Assembly: GCA_964035575.1 (NCBI GenBank)
Contig: OZ037845.1
Location: 1,240,001 to 1,304,000, forward strand
Direction: 5' to 3'
Length of the DNA stretch: 64,000 bases
Origin: Rhynchopus sp. YZ270_cl-10
Taxonomy: Eukaryota
Part shown: positions 48,260 to 59,746 of the stretch, piece after piece
How positions within the stretch are numbered: the stretch's first letter is position 1
Layout: every line of letters begins with the position of its first letter
Program-made: the position numbers and the translations under genes
Notes under the pieces: generated by a model
Database searches by the model: none
The model's input: the letters and a program-made list of their open reading frames with translations, nothing else
What the model was told of the DNA's origin: nothing

Positions 48260-49095
48260 GCACGGATGTAAAAACCCCCCCTGGGATGTGTTACAAAAGG
48301 GTGCCCTACCCACAAAAAAAAATCACCCCACCCTTGTCTGAACTTGTCGTTCTCTCTTCAGACAAGGTGGGGTGGGGGGGGAGGACAACCCAAAAAAAAA
48401 CGACAACGTTACAGACAAATATACTCTCCTGATTTGCGAGAGGGAAAAAGGGAAATGGTGTTGTAGGGGACCTTGTGGGGTGCTCATCCATCTTTCAAAA
48501 AAAATATGTTTTTTGTACGAATTATTTTGTTTTTGTTGAGTTGTTCTATAAATAAATAGGGACATCTTACAGGACAAATAACGCCACCTTTTCTCCCCCA
48601 TTTTTTTTTTGTGGCCAGCTGCAAACGTTATCGTTTCTTATCCACACCACGCAGTTTAAAAAAAAGCCACAGACCCCTTCTCCTCCCCGTTCCTCGTATT
48701 GATTTGTTTCTGCTGTTGTGGATGGAAGATTTTTGAAGCGGGGGAAAAAATGTGTGTGAGTTCCACTGAACTCATTGCATCCTTTTTTTTTCCCCCCCTC
48801 CTAAATGAAATTACCGAGACAGTTACTTTGTTTCTGATTTATTTTTGGGAACAGCTTTTCGGGGGCAAAAAAAAAATATCGAACGAAAACCGAAATGGTT
48901 CAAACCCTCCGCTCCTGAGGGAAGAAACACAGGAGGGGAAGGGTGACGAGGGAGAGACTCTTGTTTGAGCGTTGTAACTAAAAAAAAAGACATCCCCCTC
49001 TTCTCCATGATATAGTTTTATGAATACACCAAAAGAAAAAAATGCGGAAGTCTCATGCCGCAAGTGTGCTATGTGCAATAATGTAGTGTCGCAAA

Positions 49096-49615
49096 CAACC
49101 GGATTAACTCCACGGTTTACCTCCCAACTCTGTGGAGACTTTTTAACCACCAGACCCCGGTGAGATTCAATCACCAGACAGCATGAATCTGCACTGATAT
49201 ACACATTGGGGCCATATTCTGCGCAAGAATTACCCCTATTAGTTATCAAACACACAATACTGAGAATCAGTGTTCTCTCCAAAACTGAAGCTATTGCAAT
49301 GCAGCATCGTACACGGCCCCGCAACCGGATTAACTCCACGGTTTACCTCCCAACTCTGTGGAGACTTTTTAACCACCAGACCCCGGTGAGATTCAATCAT
49401 CAGACAGCATGAATCTGCACCGATACACACATTGGGGCCATATTCTGCGCAATACTTACCCCTATTAGTTATCAAACAATACTGAGAACCTATGTTCTCT
49501 CCAAAACTGAAGCTACTACAATGCAACACCAGCCCCTCAACCGGATTAACTCCACGGTTTACCTCCCAACTCTGTGGAGACTTTTTAACCACCAGACCCC
49601 GGTGAGATTCAATCA
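49096..49615. repeat. Tandem repeat, periods 226 and 216 bp, with an invariant 78-bp core at 49096, 49322 and 49538
   Basis: Core identical in all three copies; the two spacers differ by several substitutions and indels. Confidence 0.95.
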
Positions 49616-49696
49616 CATTTCCTACCCACACATCCCTCCTCCTTCTCTTCCTTCTCCCTTCACTACACTACACTACACCCAGGAAACAGCCAAAGA

Positions 49697-52600
49697 ATGA
49701 GTGCGTCAAAATGCAGGTTCTCGATTGACCGTGGAGGGACGTTTACTGATGTGTACGCAGAGACGCCGAAGGGGGTGGTGGTCATGAAGCTATTGAGTGT
49801 GGACCCTGCGAACTACCAGGACGCGCCGAGGGAAGGGATCCGTCGTATTCTTGACGATGTGTACGGGACGACGAGCCCGAAGGACCAGGTCCCCACGGAG
49901 AACATTGAGTGGATCCGGATGGGGACAACAGTCGCAACCAATGCTCTTCTCGAACGGAAAGGCGCACCCACCGCGCTCGCCATCACCGCAGGCTTCAAAG
50001 ATCTGCTCAAAATTGGGACTCAAGCACGCCCAAAGATCTTCGACCTCTCGGTCACCATGCCCGAGCTCTTATACACAAAGGTCATCGAGATTGACGAGAG
50101 GGTGCGCCTAGTGTCGGTGCCCGAAGAAGGTGAGACCGTCATCAAAGGTGTCAGCGGTGAGTTGGTTGAGGTGCTAAGCGAACCCAAGGAAGACCAAGTC
50201 CGCAAGGCTGTCCAAGCGGTGTACGACGAAGGGGTGCGGAGCTTGGCCGTCGTTTTGATGCATTCGTACACATACAATAAGCACGAACTTCTCGTGAAGC
50301 GCATTGCGGAGGAAGTTGGGATGACGTTGGTCAGCATTTCCTCTGAGTTAATGCCGATGATTAAGATTGTTCCGCGTGGGCTGACGACCTGTGTCGATGC
50401 GTACCTGACACCGCTGATCACGACGTACATCAGCAGCTTCAAGGGCGGGTTTGTTGGAGGTCTGCAGAACGTTCCGGTGAGTTTCATGCAGAGTGACGGT
50501 GGTTTGACCAATGCCGACCACTTCCACGGATTCCGTGCAATCCTCTCAGGACCTGCAGGTGGTGTGGTGGGATACTCCCAGACAACGTACAGCGAGGAAG
50601 ACCCACGCCCGGTCATTGGCTTTGACATGGGAGGTACATCCACAGATGTCAGCCGCTTTGGTGGAGCATACGAACACGTCTTCGAAACAAACTGCGCTGG
50701 TGTTATCGTCCAGGCACCACAGCTCGACATTACTACCGTAGCTGCCGGTGGTGGTTCCCTCTGTGTCTTTAAGCAGGACCGTTTCCTTGTAGGTCCTGGC
50801 TCTGCCGGGGCGCATCCAGGTCCAGTGTGCTACAGAAAGAATGGGCATCTTGCAGTGACGGATGCGAATCTGGTGTTAGGGAGAATCATTCCGGATTTGT
50901 TCCCGAAGATCTTTGGTCCAAAGGAAGACCTTCCGTTGGACAGAGAGGCGTCGTTGAAGGAGTTTGAGAAGGTGACGGCGGAGGTGAACCGGAGCACCGG
51001 GACAGCAAAGTCTGCTGAGGAGGTTGCCTTTGGGTTCATCACCGTTGCGAATGAGGCGATGTGCAGGCCGATTCGCAGTCTGACCGAGGCGAAGGGGTTC
51101 AGCACCTCCGACCACGTTCTCTCTTGCTTTGGTGGTGCAGGCGGGCAGCACGCATGCGCCATAGCACGTTCCCTCGGCATGGAGTCGGTCTTTGTCCATA
51201 GATACTCTGGCATCCTCAGTGCATATGGCATTGGGCTGGCAGATGTTGTGGTAGATGAGCAGCGTCCTGCACAACAGGCCTTTGTTGATGGGAGCAGTGA
51301 TGTGGAGGAACGTCTGACAGACCTGCGTGCACACGTGGTCGCAAACCTCAAGACGCAAGGCTTCAACGATACGCAGATCACAACAGAAAGCTTCCTCAAC
51401 CTCCGTTACGACCGAACCGGCACCAGCTTCATGGTCCGCTGCCCAACCCCTCCCACCACAGTCAAGCAAGCCTTTGAGGAGAACTACCAGCGTGAATACG
51501 GTTTTATCTTTGCAAACCGTGGTCTCATATTAGACGACATCCGTGTCCGTGGTGTCGGCAAAGGCATCCCCCTCTCCAAGCAAAAGGTCCCTGCGTCCGC
51601 TTCCCCACCCAAGCCAATTCTTGACCACAAAACCTACTTTGAACAAGGCTGGATGGCGACCCCTGTCTACAAGCTGGAAGGATTAGGTGCAGGGGACGTC
51701 ATTGAAGGTCCTGCCATCATCATGCAGGGTGGGAGCACTGTTATCATTGAACCTGCCTGCATTGCGACCATCACTGAGTACGGTGACATCAAGGTGAAGG
51801 TTGGGGTGAGCGCCTTCCGCATTACTAAGGCATTGGACCCTATTGCGCTGTCGATCTTTTCTCATCGTTTTATGAGCATTGCGGAGCAGATGGGGCGGGC
51901 CCTGCAGAGAACCTCTATTTCCACAAACATCAAAGAGAGACTGGACTTTTCTTGCGCGATCTTTGGTCCTGATGGGGGTCTTGTCGCGAATGCTCCCCAT
52001 ATTCCCGTGCATCTTGGTGCCATGGGAGCGACGGTACGCCAGCAGCAAAAAATCCAGGGAGACAACTGGAAGGAAGGGGACGTTATGGTGACCAACCACC
52101 CTGCGGTGGGTGGGTCGCATCTGCCGGATATCACTGTTATCACACCGGTATTTTCTGGAGGCAAGGCGGTTTTCTTTGTGGCATGCAGAGGGCACCACGC
52201 AGACATCGGAGGCACTACACCAGGGTCAATCCCACCGTTCAGCAAACGCCTCGTTGAGGAGGGCGCGCACATCATCAGCTTCAAACTCGTTGAGAACGGC
52301 GTCTTCCAGGAACAAGGCATCACGGACATCCTGATGTCCCCAGGCAAGGTGAAAACCAACCCAGGCGAGCCTCCGATGAGCGGAACCCGCGCGTTGAGCG
52401 ACAACCTTGCAGATCTGCAGGCCCAGGTTGCGGCGAATCAGAAGGGAATCAAATTGATGGAAGAATTGATCGGACAATACGAGCTTGAGGTGGTTCAGGC
52501 CTATATGCAGTACGTCCAGAACAACGCTGCGCGGGCTGTAGAACAGCTGCTGAGGGACGTCTCCACGAAGGAAGGAAACATCCTGACTTCGCATGACTTT

Positions 52601-53458
52601 ATGGATGACGGTACTGAAATCAAACTGAAGATTACCATTGACCCTGCCACACCCTCTGCCATCTTTGACTTCACAGGAACCGATCCGCAGGTGTACGCAA
52701 ACCACAACTGCCCTTCTGCGGTAGTCAACTCCGCTATCATCTACTGCCTCCGCTGTCTCGTAAATGAGGACATCCCCCTCAACCAAGGCTGCATGCATCC
52801 TATCGAGGTGATCATCCCTCCTAACACCCTGCTCTCTCCCTCAGAAGAATGCGCTGTCGTAGGCGGCAACGTCTTAACATCCCAACGTGTAACCGATGTG
52901 GTCCTCCAAGCATTCAATGCCTGCGCCGATTCTCAAGGAGATACAAACAATCTTACCTTTGGTGATGATAGCTTTGGATATTATGAGACGATTGCGGGAG
53001 GGGCTGGAGCAGGGCCATCCTGGGAAGGGACCAGTGGAGTGCACAGTCATATGACAAATACGCGTATAACAGATGCAGAGATTTTTGAAAGGAGATATCC
53101 GGTGTTGTTGAGAAGCTTTCATCTGAGGGAGGGTTCTGGTGGGAGAGGGGAGTATGGTGGTGGTGATGGCGTGCATAGGGAGATCATCTTCCTGAAGGAT
53201 CTGACGGTCGGTGTGCTCTCTGAGCGTCGTGCTATTGCTCCCAACGGCAGAAGTGGTGGTGGCAACGGCGTGCGTGGCAAGAACACCATCATCCACCCAA
53301 CAGAGACCTCTCCTACGTCCTCTCTGAAAGATATCTGGGCACATCGTGACAGTGGCAGTGTACTGAACTTTGGTGCGAAAAACACAATTAATGTGCACAA
53401 AGGAGATCGTCTGATCATCGCTACCCCCGGTGGGGGTGCTTGGGGGAAGGGTGAGTGA
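49697..53458 (+). CDS. OPLAH: 5-oxoprolinase (ATP-hydrolysing), fused hydantoinase A/B type
   Basis: IDRGGTFTD, RMGTTVATNALLER, SGPAGG, FDMGGTSTD, NIKERLDFSC, HIPVHLG, GGSHLPD, HMTNTRITD, TPGGG motifs; 1253 aa. Confidence 0.97.
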   Translation: MSASKCRFSIDRGGTFTDVYAETPKGVVVMKLLSVDPANYQDAPREGIRRILDDVYGTTSPKDQVPTENIEWIRMGTTVATNALLERKGAPTALAITAGFKDLLKIGTQARPKIFDLSVTMPELLYTKVIEIDERVRLVSVPEEGETVIKGVSGELVEVLSEPKEDQVRKAVQAVYDEGVRSLAVVLMHSYTYNKHELLVKRIAEEVGMTLVSISSELMPMIKIVPRGLTTCVDAYLTPLITTYISSFKGGFVGGLQNVPVSFMQSDGGLTNADHFHGFRAILSGPAGGVVGYSQTTYSEEDPRPVIGFDMGGTSTDVSRFGGAYEHVFETNCAGVIVQAPQLDITTVAAGGGSLCVFKQDRFLVGPGSAGAHPGPVCYRKNGHLAVTDANLVLGRIIPDLFPKIFGPKEDLPLDREASLKEFEKVTAEVNRSTGTAKSAEEVAFGFITVANEAMCRPIRSLTEAKGFSTSDHVLSCFGGAGGQHACAIARSLGMESVFVHRYSGILSAYGIGLADVVVDEQRPAQQAFVDGSSDVEERLTDLRAHVVANLKTQGFNDTQITTESFLNLRYDRTGTSFMVRCPTPPTTVKQAFEENYQREYGFIFANRGLILDDIRVRGVGKGIPLSKQKVPASASPPKPILDHKTYFEQGWMATPVYKLEGLGAGDVIEGPAIIMQGGSTVIIEPACIATITEYGDIKVKVGVSAFRITKALDPIALSIFSHRFMSIAEQMGRALQRTSISTNIKERLDFSCAIFGPDGGLVANAPHIPVHLGAMGATVRQQQKIQGDNWKEGDVMVTNHPAVGGSHLPDITVITPVFSGGKAVFFVACRGHHADIGGTTPGSIPPFSKRLVEEGAHIISFKLVENGVFQEQGITDILMSPGKVKTNPGEPPMSGTRALSDNLADLQAQVAANQKGIKLMEELIGQYELEVVQAYMQYVQNNAARAVEQLLRDVSTKEGNILTSHDFMDDGTEIKLKITIDPATPSAIFDFTGTDPQVYANHNCPSAVVNSAIIYCLRCLVNEDIPLNQGCMHPIEVIIPPNTLLSPSEECAVVGGNVLTSQRVTDVVLQAFNACADSQGDTNNLTFGDDSFGYYETIAGGAGAGPSWEGTSGVHSHMTNTRITDAEIFERRYPVLLRSFHLREGSGGRGEYGGGDGVHREIIFLKDLTVGVLSERRAIAPNGRSGGGNGVRGKNTIIHPTETSPTSSLKDIWAHRDSGSVLNFGAKNTINVHKGDRLIIATPGGGAWGKGE

Positions 53459-53509
53459 TTTTTCAAAAAAAAAAACAAAAACAAAAAAAAAATCTTACTT
53501 CTCGTAGTC

Positions 53510-53557
53510 TAGTGGAGTTCATCCTCGGGTGTCTACACTAATACAACCAAGTTTTCA
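53510..53557 (+). repeat. Dispersed family E (others 11373-11420, 59143-59191)
   Basis: TAGTGGAG...GGGTG.CTACACTA hairpin; 29-nt invariant CTACACTAATACAACCAAGTTTTCAAAAA. Confidence 0.9.
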
Positions 53558-53983
53558 AAAATCGGAAAAAGCAGAATAATGACGATGTGTTTGAACGGAA
53601 TGTATTCATTTTTTTTGAAGTTTTCTTCCCGGTCTTTTGAGCGAAGCAAAGCCCAGTCTTTGGGGGAAAATGATATAAAAAAATGTTGCAAAAAAGAAAA
53701 AGGCTGGAGGGGAACACAGAGTTCTTTTTACAGAAAGAAAAAAAATCGATGAGTGTTGAAACAACAAATGGGATGAGGGGACAAAAAAATGTGTTTGCAA
53801 TAACAAATCTTACTTCTCGTAGCTAACTTTGGATATGGTTTTTTCTTCTTCTTTTTTTCTTTTTTCTTCCGAACTGAACATTGGAAAGGGTATACGGGAT
53901 ACGCAGATAGTGTTGCATATATTACAGGATTGTGACGTGTACATCAAAGTGACGATTGCCTTTTTTTATATGTCTTCTTTTTT

Positions 53984-54093
53984 CCACCATATTTTTACCC
54001 CGCGAAAAGGCGCGTACAGGACACGTACAGGCTCCTATACTACGTTCCTATACGCATCTGTACACGACCATATGTGGGGTAAAAATCAGGTGG
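53984..54093. mobile_element. Diverged copy of the 34474 MITE family
   Basis: CCACCATATTTTTACCCCGCG.. / ..GTGGGGTAAAAATCAGGTGG ends, T-run flanks. Confidence 0.72.
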
Positions 54094-54850
54094 TTTTTGC
54101 ATTATGTGTCATTTCCTACAACTCTAGCATTAACGGGTGTAAGGTGCAATACATCGTTCAAAAAAAAGCTTCTTTTGTTCATTCGTTCTATCATTTTTTT
54201 AGTTTGTTTTCTTTTTGTTTTTTTCTTTTGGTCGGGCATTTTACGGTACCCGACAAAAACGATTTGCTCCCCAAATTGCATTCCATACAATTTGGGAGAA
54301 AAAAAAGAGCAACACTGCCTCGACATCGCTGAAGTGATGAGAGTGAATACCAAGTTTTAAAAAAAATGCATCATTGCGTTTATGAGATAATCTTTCACGT
54401 TTTCTTTTCCTTTTTTTGAGAGGAGTTTTAGCATGCAAGGATTCATCTTAGCCACACCTTTTTTATTTTATTTGGTTGCGCTTTCAGCCTATATTGCCAT
54501 TTTTTTTTTTTTTTGGGGAGACAAATTATAAAAATGGGAAAAAACCCTGCAAAAAAAAGACCAAAATTTGAACATTTTTTTTTCTAATCTTTCTCTCCTC
54601 TCCACTGTTAACTATCCTCAAAAAAAATATCACCCTCCTTAGGACTGACCCCCGCGCAACACAACTGTATTCCATAGACTACTTTCCTTTTTAGACCCTC
54701 CCCTCCTTCTTCTCTCTCTCTCTCTCTCTCCCCTCTTTTTCTCGTGTTGCAAAAAAAAAAGTTCAAATTTACAAATCAAAGCCGTCTGTTGGGTGTCTCG
54801 CTGTGTCGTTTGATTTGCGTAAAGAGAAAGGCTTTGCGGTATTGAATGTG

Positions 54851-57800
54851 ATGAAGGGTGCAAACGAGGTGGCGGTGGGGGCCGTGGTGAAGCGGAAACG
54901 GAAGAGACTAACTACAGAGCACACCACGGAGGCCCCATCACCCACCCCGACAGCGACGGCGACGGCGACGTCTACACAACGAAAGGCGCGGGGAGCCACA
55001 CCGTCTCCTTCCCGCACGCTTTCACCATCGCCTTCTCATGCGCGTCGTAAATCTCCTTCACCACGGCCTTTAAGGAGAGAGGTTGCACCCCCTCCAATTC
55101 TTCAAAAGGTCGAAAAAAATGAAAAAATCGTAAAAGAAAAAAAGGTGGTAAAAAGACGGAAAAAGGTGGAGATTGCCGCGCAACCGGTGCGTTCTGCTAC
55201 TCCATCCCCATCCCCATCCCCGGTGGTGTCTGCTGAAATTTCTGCTGATCGAGCGAAACGGAAGGTTAAACGGGCACATACTGCTACATCATTTTCAGCT
55301 CCATCAGCAACGAGACGACCTTCACCTTCACCTTCACCGAAGAGGAATCACGATGCGAGCCCTTCTCCGCTTACCGCATCACCTAGACGAAGGCAGGATG
55401 CATTCAAACGAACCAGCACCATGCCTTCCAACCGACGCATCGAAGAAAAGACACAAGGTCCCTCTCCCCTGCGTGCACGGGGTGGTGGGAGCGTAGATAG
55501 AAGAGGGGAGGTGGAAAGCCGTTTGGAGGTGGGTCTTCCCATAGGGATTCCATCTGGTCTCCTGCCTGCAGCGGAAATGCCGCCAAGAGATGTATTAATG
55601 GATACATTGAAAAGAAAACAGCTTCTTCTGCGGATCTGTGATGAGCTTGAGGCCACCATGCCACTTCACCTTCTCCGGTCAGATCCGGTAACGCAGGATG
55701 AAGGGAAAACCGCTGTAAAATGTAGGAAACGGGGTGCAAAATCGGGGACCGATATTGACGAAGAAGAGATTGACCGTAGGCCGGTTACGTCGCGGTTTGT
55801 TCGTAGGGTGTTGGTGTTGTTTTATGCTTCAAGAAATGAAGCTGAAGAAAGCCGAGTAGTGTTGGAACAACAAATGAAACAAACAGGGTTGCAGCCTATG
55901 GGATGGCCAGATTCAATTCAGTGCATGCACGCTGCGTTTTTGATAGTTGATTCTTTGGTAAGAATTGGGCATCGTCGGGTTTTGAAGGTCTTATTTGGAA
56001 CATTATTTTGGCATGTATTGGACGTATTAGAATGGCCGCCGCAGGTTTATTCGAATCAAATCCGATTAAATCATCGAAACCATGTCTGCAAACTACAGCC
56101 CGACCTGTCTTTGACACCTGCCTCCCAAAGGGAGGATCTGTTACGTCTGCACCGTGTGTTGTATGTGCAGAACTCATGTCTAGTGAAGGCTTGCGACGCG
56201 GTGACGTACCTCTCCTTGCATGAGTATGTGGAGGCGGAGAAGCTGCGTTTGCTTCGTAATGTGATTGACAGTGGGTATCACTCCTCCCTTGGGGACTGCT
56301 TTGTCTCGAAATGGGCGGATGAGTGGCTCACCGTCCCGAACACCCAGCACGGCATCGCACGGAAGCAGGCGCTCCTGAACCACCTTCTCAGTGTGACGAT
56401 GAGTGCCTGGGAGCACGACAAAATGACGTCCTATCTCAAGAAGCTGCACTCCTTAAGTGTCACCGACATTCTCATGGAAGCGGTATGTGAATTGTGTTAA
56501 TTTTTGTGGGGGGGGAAAGTGGAGATGATGTACGGTGCTAGGATCTGACAAAAGAGGTTTTGTGTATTGCACCTCAAATGGTTTCTGTTTATGTAGTGAA
56601 TTGAAAGGATATGAATTTAATTCTTACACAGCTTTGCGACAGAAGCACGGCAGCAGGTGCAGCAGAGGTGCTCGCGATTCTTACTTCCGACTCGGGCGCT
56701 CAAGAGGTATTTTTTTTTTTTTTGTTTGTTTTTATTGTTTTCATCCGGGGCTGTCATCGTACAGTAGGTCAATCGGAGGTGCCTGCATCAATAACTATCT
56801 ATTTTTTTGACAACAATTCCTCCTCGATTATAGCATCCGATGAAACCCGTACCCAAAGCAAGAACCTCTGGTTCGTCGGGCATGCCCTGTGATCACACCA
56901 TCCGTCGTGCCCTCTCCTACCCCTCCATATGAGGTGGATGTCTGTCGGGCTAATGAGGGATATTTTCCCTTCCGAACAAGCTTGCCGCTTCCACCTATGC
57001 GTTTCCGACAAACTCCTCAACTCGGGCTCGCGTGACTTCCTTCGCCGCCGTGTTCTCTGGCGTCCCGGGGGCTGTAGTGTCCTGCATCTCTCCCTGTCCA
57101 CTTCTCAGTACAAATGTATTTTAACTGTTGAGTAATACAAAATGCCCACCTCACCGCACCACCCATTACCCGTCAACCACGGATTTTAATCAACTCTTTT
57201 GCTACATTCTTTATTTTTCAACTTCTCACAAAACCCTCAAATCCTCAGGAAGCACTTCTCATCTTCCTCGGAAGCGAACACACTGAGCGCGTCTCTGGAT
57301 GGAAGAAGTTGATCCTTGCCTCCGTTGGCGAGGGGAGCCGTGGCGTTCGGGAAATGGTATGCAACACACACACACACACACATCCACTCTTTTCCCACAT
57401 CACCCTCCCTTTCTCCTATCATTTCTCCCCACAGATCCACAGCATCCTCACGCAAACATCAGAGCTCTGGGACGTTATGATGTATCTGCAGGCTGTTGAG
57501 GATTTGGTAGGGGGTGGTCTGTTGCAACGAAATGCGGAGGAGGTGAAGAATTTTTGTGAGTCTTGGGGGCTTTTGGTGCAGGCTTTGGCACGTGTCTTTA
57601 GCGAATCATATGCAGGCAAGGTTGCTGCATTGGTGGTACGGGAGCTGAGCCTTTGGATTAAAGGGAGGTTTGAGAGGGACGATGCAGCGATGGTGGCAAG
57701 CATTTTGAAGACGATCTCTGCGTTGCTTCGCGCGCCGTGCGACGAAGTAGCGCTCACAGTGAAGCAGCACCAGGTCTTCGAGAACCTGGTCGGCTTTATC

Positions 57801-58200
57801 CCTACACACAACGGCCTCCTCCAGTCCTCCTGTCTGTCTCTCTGCCGCGCCGTCTGGTGGCGCTCCGACTCAGACGACCTAGACCAACAATCACCCCTGC
57901 ACACCTCAACAGACATAGGTGAGTATGTCGAATCCCCGTCAGAGCACGACCCACGCGCCTCACTCATCCCCCCTGCAACGTATTTCCTCAAGAAGTACAG
58001 TCTCTTTGACATGCTACAACGGGTTATGCATGGGCCAAATACACTCTGTGCGAGGAAACATCCAAAGGTATGGGATTTTGGCAACGTAAAAAACAAAATA
58101 ACTTTAATTAAACATCTCAACCACTTCGAAAATAACAACATCTCATTCAACACAGGCCGGTGTCAGGACATTCTTCGAGCACCGAACTCATTATGAGTGA
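54851..58200 (+). CDS. Hypothetical protein with SP/R-rich disordered N-terminus and helical C-terminus; exons 54851-56482, 56632-56706, 57249-57356, 57435-58067, 58156-58200
   Basis: Four phase-0 GT-AG introns link ORFs 54803, 56611 and 57309 into one frame. Confidence 0.7.
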
Positions 58201-59746
58201 AAGGTAAACGGGGTTGTGATAGGGAGAAGGGAACGGGGAACGGGGAGAAGGTGGGACCTTCTTATTGTTTGATGTTGTTGTTGTTTTTTTTAGATGTGTG
58301 TGAATGCAGTACATTCTTTTAAGTTTTCTGTTAAAGTTTTGTGTGTGTCTCTTTGCACGTCTCTGCGTCACTGCTGATGTGTCGTTGTTCTATAATAAAC
58401 GAAGAAACCGCGGGCTACCATGTATTTGATAGAACTGTTTTGGAAAAAGGTTAACAAAAAATCTGTTTTAAAATGTTGTCGCGAAAAATGCAACGAACGG
58501 AATGTCATTCGTAAAAAAAAGCGAAAATTTAAAAAGGTCGATCGATTATCTATTAGGTATTGCATTTAATCAGAGGGTAAACAATGTTTTGTTTTGTTTT
58601 TTTTTTGATTTTATGGTCGTTTTAGGATTATTGGCTGCCCCTTTTTTTTGAGAGATTTTAACAAACCCTGACGCTGTTTTCTTCACACGACCACAGCAGG
58701 CCATATGACATTAAAAAGGTGACATAAAATGCATTTTTTTGGCACTTCGCTGATCTCTTATCCTAAATATATTTCCCCCGCTTCTTTCTGATCTCCCTTC
58801 TCTCTTTTTTCGGGTATTTTATTCATTTTTTTCTTCTCTCGTTTTCAGTTCTTTTTCTGTGCCTGACGTTAGCGCTTTCAACTTCACCTTTTTAAAAATA
58901 AAGTATACATCAAACCGATCATCCACCAAGGGATAGTCTTCACACTCTTTCCTTTGATCCAGGTTTGGACAGCCACTACGGTAATTTATTTCGATATTTC
59001 TGCTAAAATAAACAATGTTCCGCTTGTGCCAGCTTTTCATAGAGGCAGTGGTAAAGAGTTGGGTCGAAATAACCACTGCTTTGCTGGTACGGAATAACAT
59101 TCATCAGCCAATCTTTTCACGAAGAAAACAAAGAAAAAAGTATAGTGGAGTTCATCCCTCGGGTGTCTACACTAATACAACCAAGTTTTCAAAAAAGAAA
59201 AATCTCTCGCGAGGGGGAGGGCCTAAGTACTGCTAAGGCTTGGGTTCACCGTACATCTTTTCTCTTATTTTTTTTGTCTATTTTTTTTTGCACATCATGC
59301 AACCCCCCTTTCTTTTGTATCTGAAAAGGAAAGTGCATGAATACATACTTTTGTAGTACGACATCCGCGCCTTCGTCCCTCTTTCTTTCTTCTCTTTGCA
59401 CCCTACCCCACACGTTCATCACAGGGTGGCCAAGGTAACAAGGTCACCGTGCAGGAGCAAGCCCCTCTGGCTCTCCGCTTTGCCTTGAAACACTGCCTTC
59501 TTCGACAACATTCCGCAGTTCGGAAAAAAAAATTCAAAAAAGCAAAACTGATTTCAAAAAACACATCGGGGCGGTTTGCTTTCATTTTTTCAGTTCTTTC
59601 TCCCTGATCGCCCCTCCACCAAACCCTCCTGTAGAACTGCTGTGCTATTTGTTTTAAAACTAAAGTCAACACTCTCCCCTTGTCTACCTCACCCACTATC
59701 CCATTACCCCCCTTTATCCACTGTAGACAGAATAATAATAGTGAAC

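Noticed and set aside
49096..49615. CRISPR array or hammerhead retrozyme
   Set aside because: Spacers are homologous to each other, the repeat is 78 bp, there are no cas genes, and I found no complete CUGANGA...GAAA core.
56833..57110. GC-rich intronic stretch as an exon or hammerhead (CTAATGAG..GAAC)
   Set aside because: In-frame stop if used as a phase-0 exon; catalytic core bases are mismatched.
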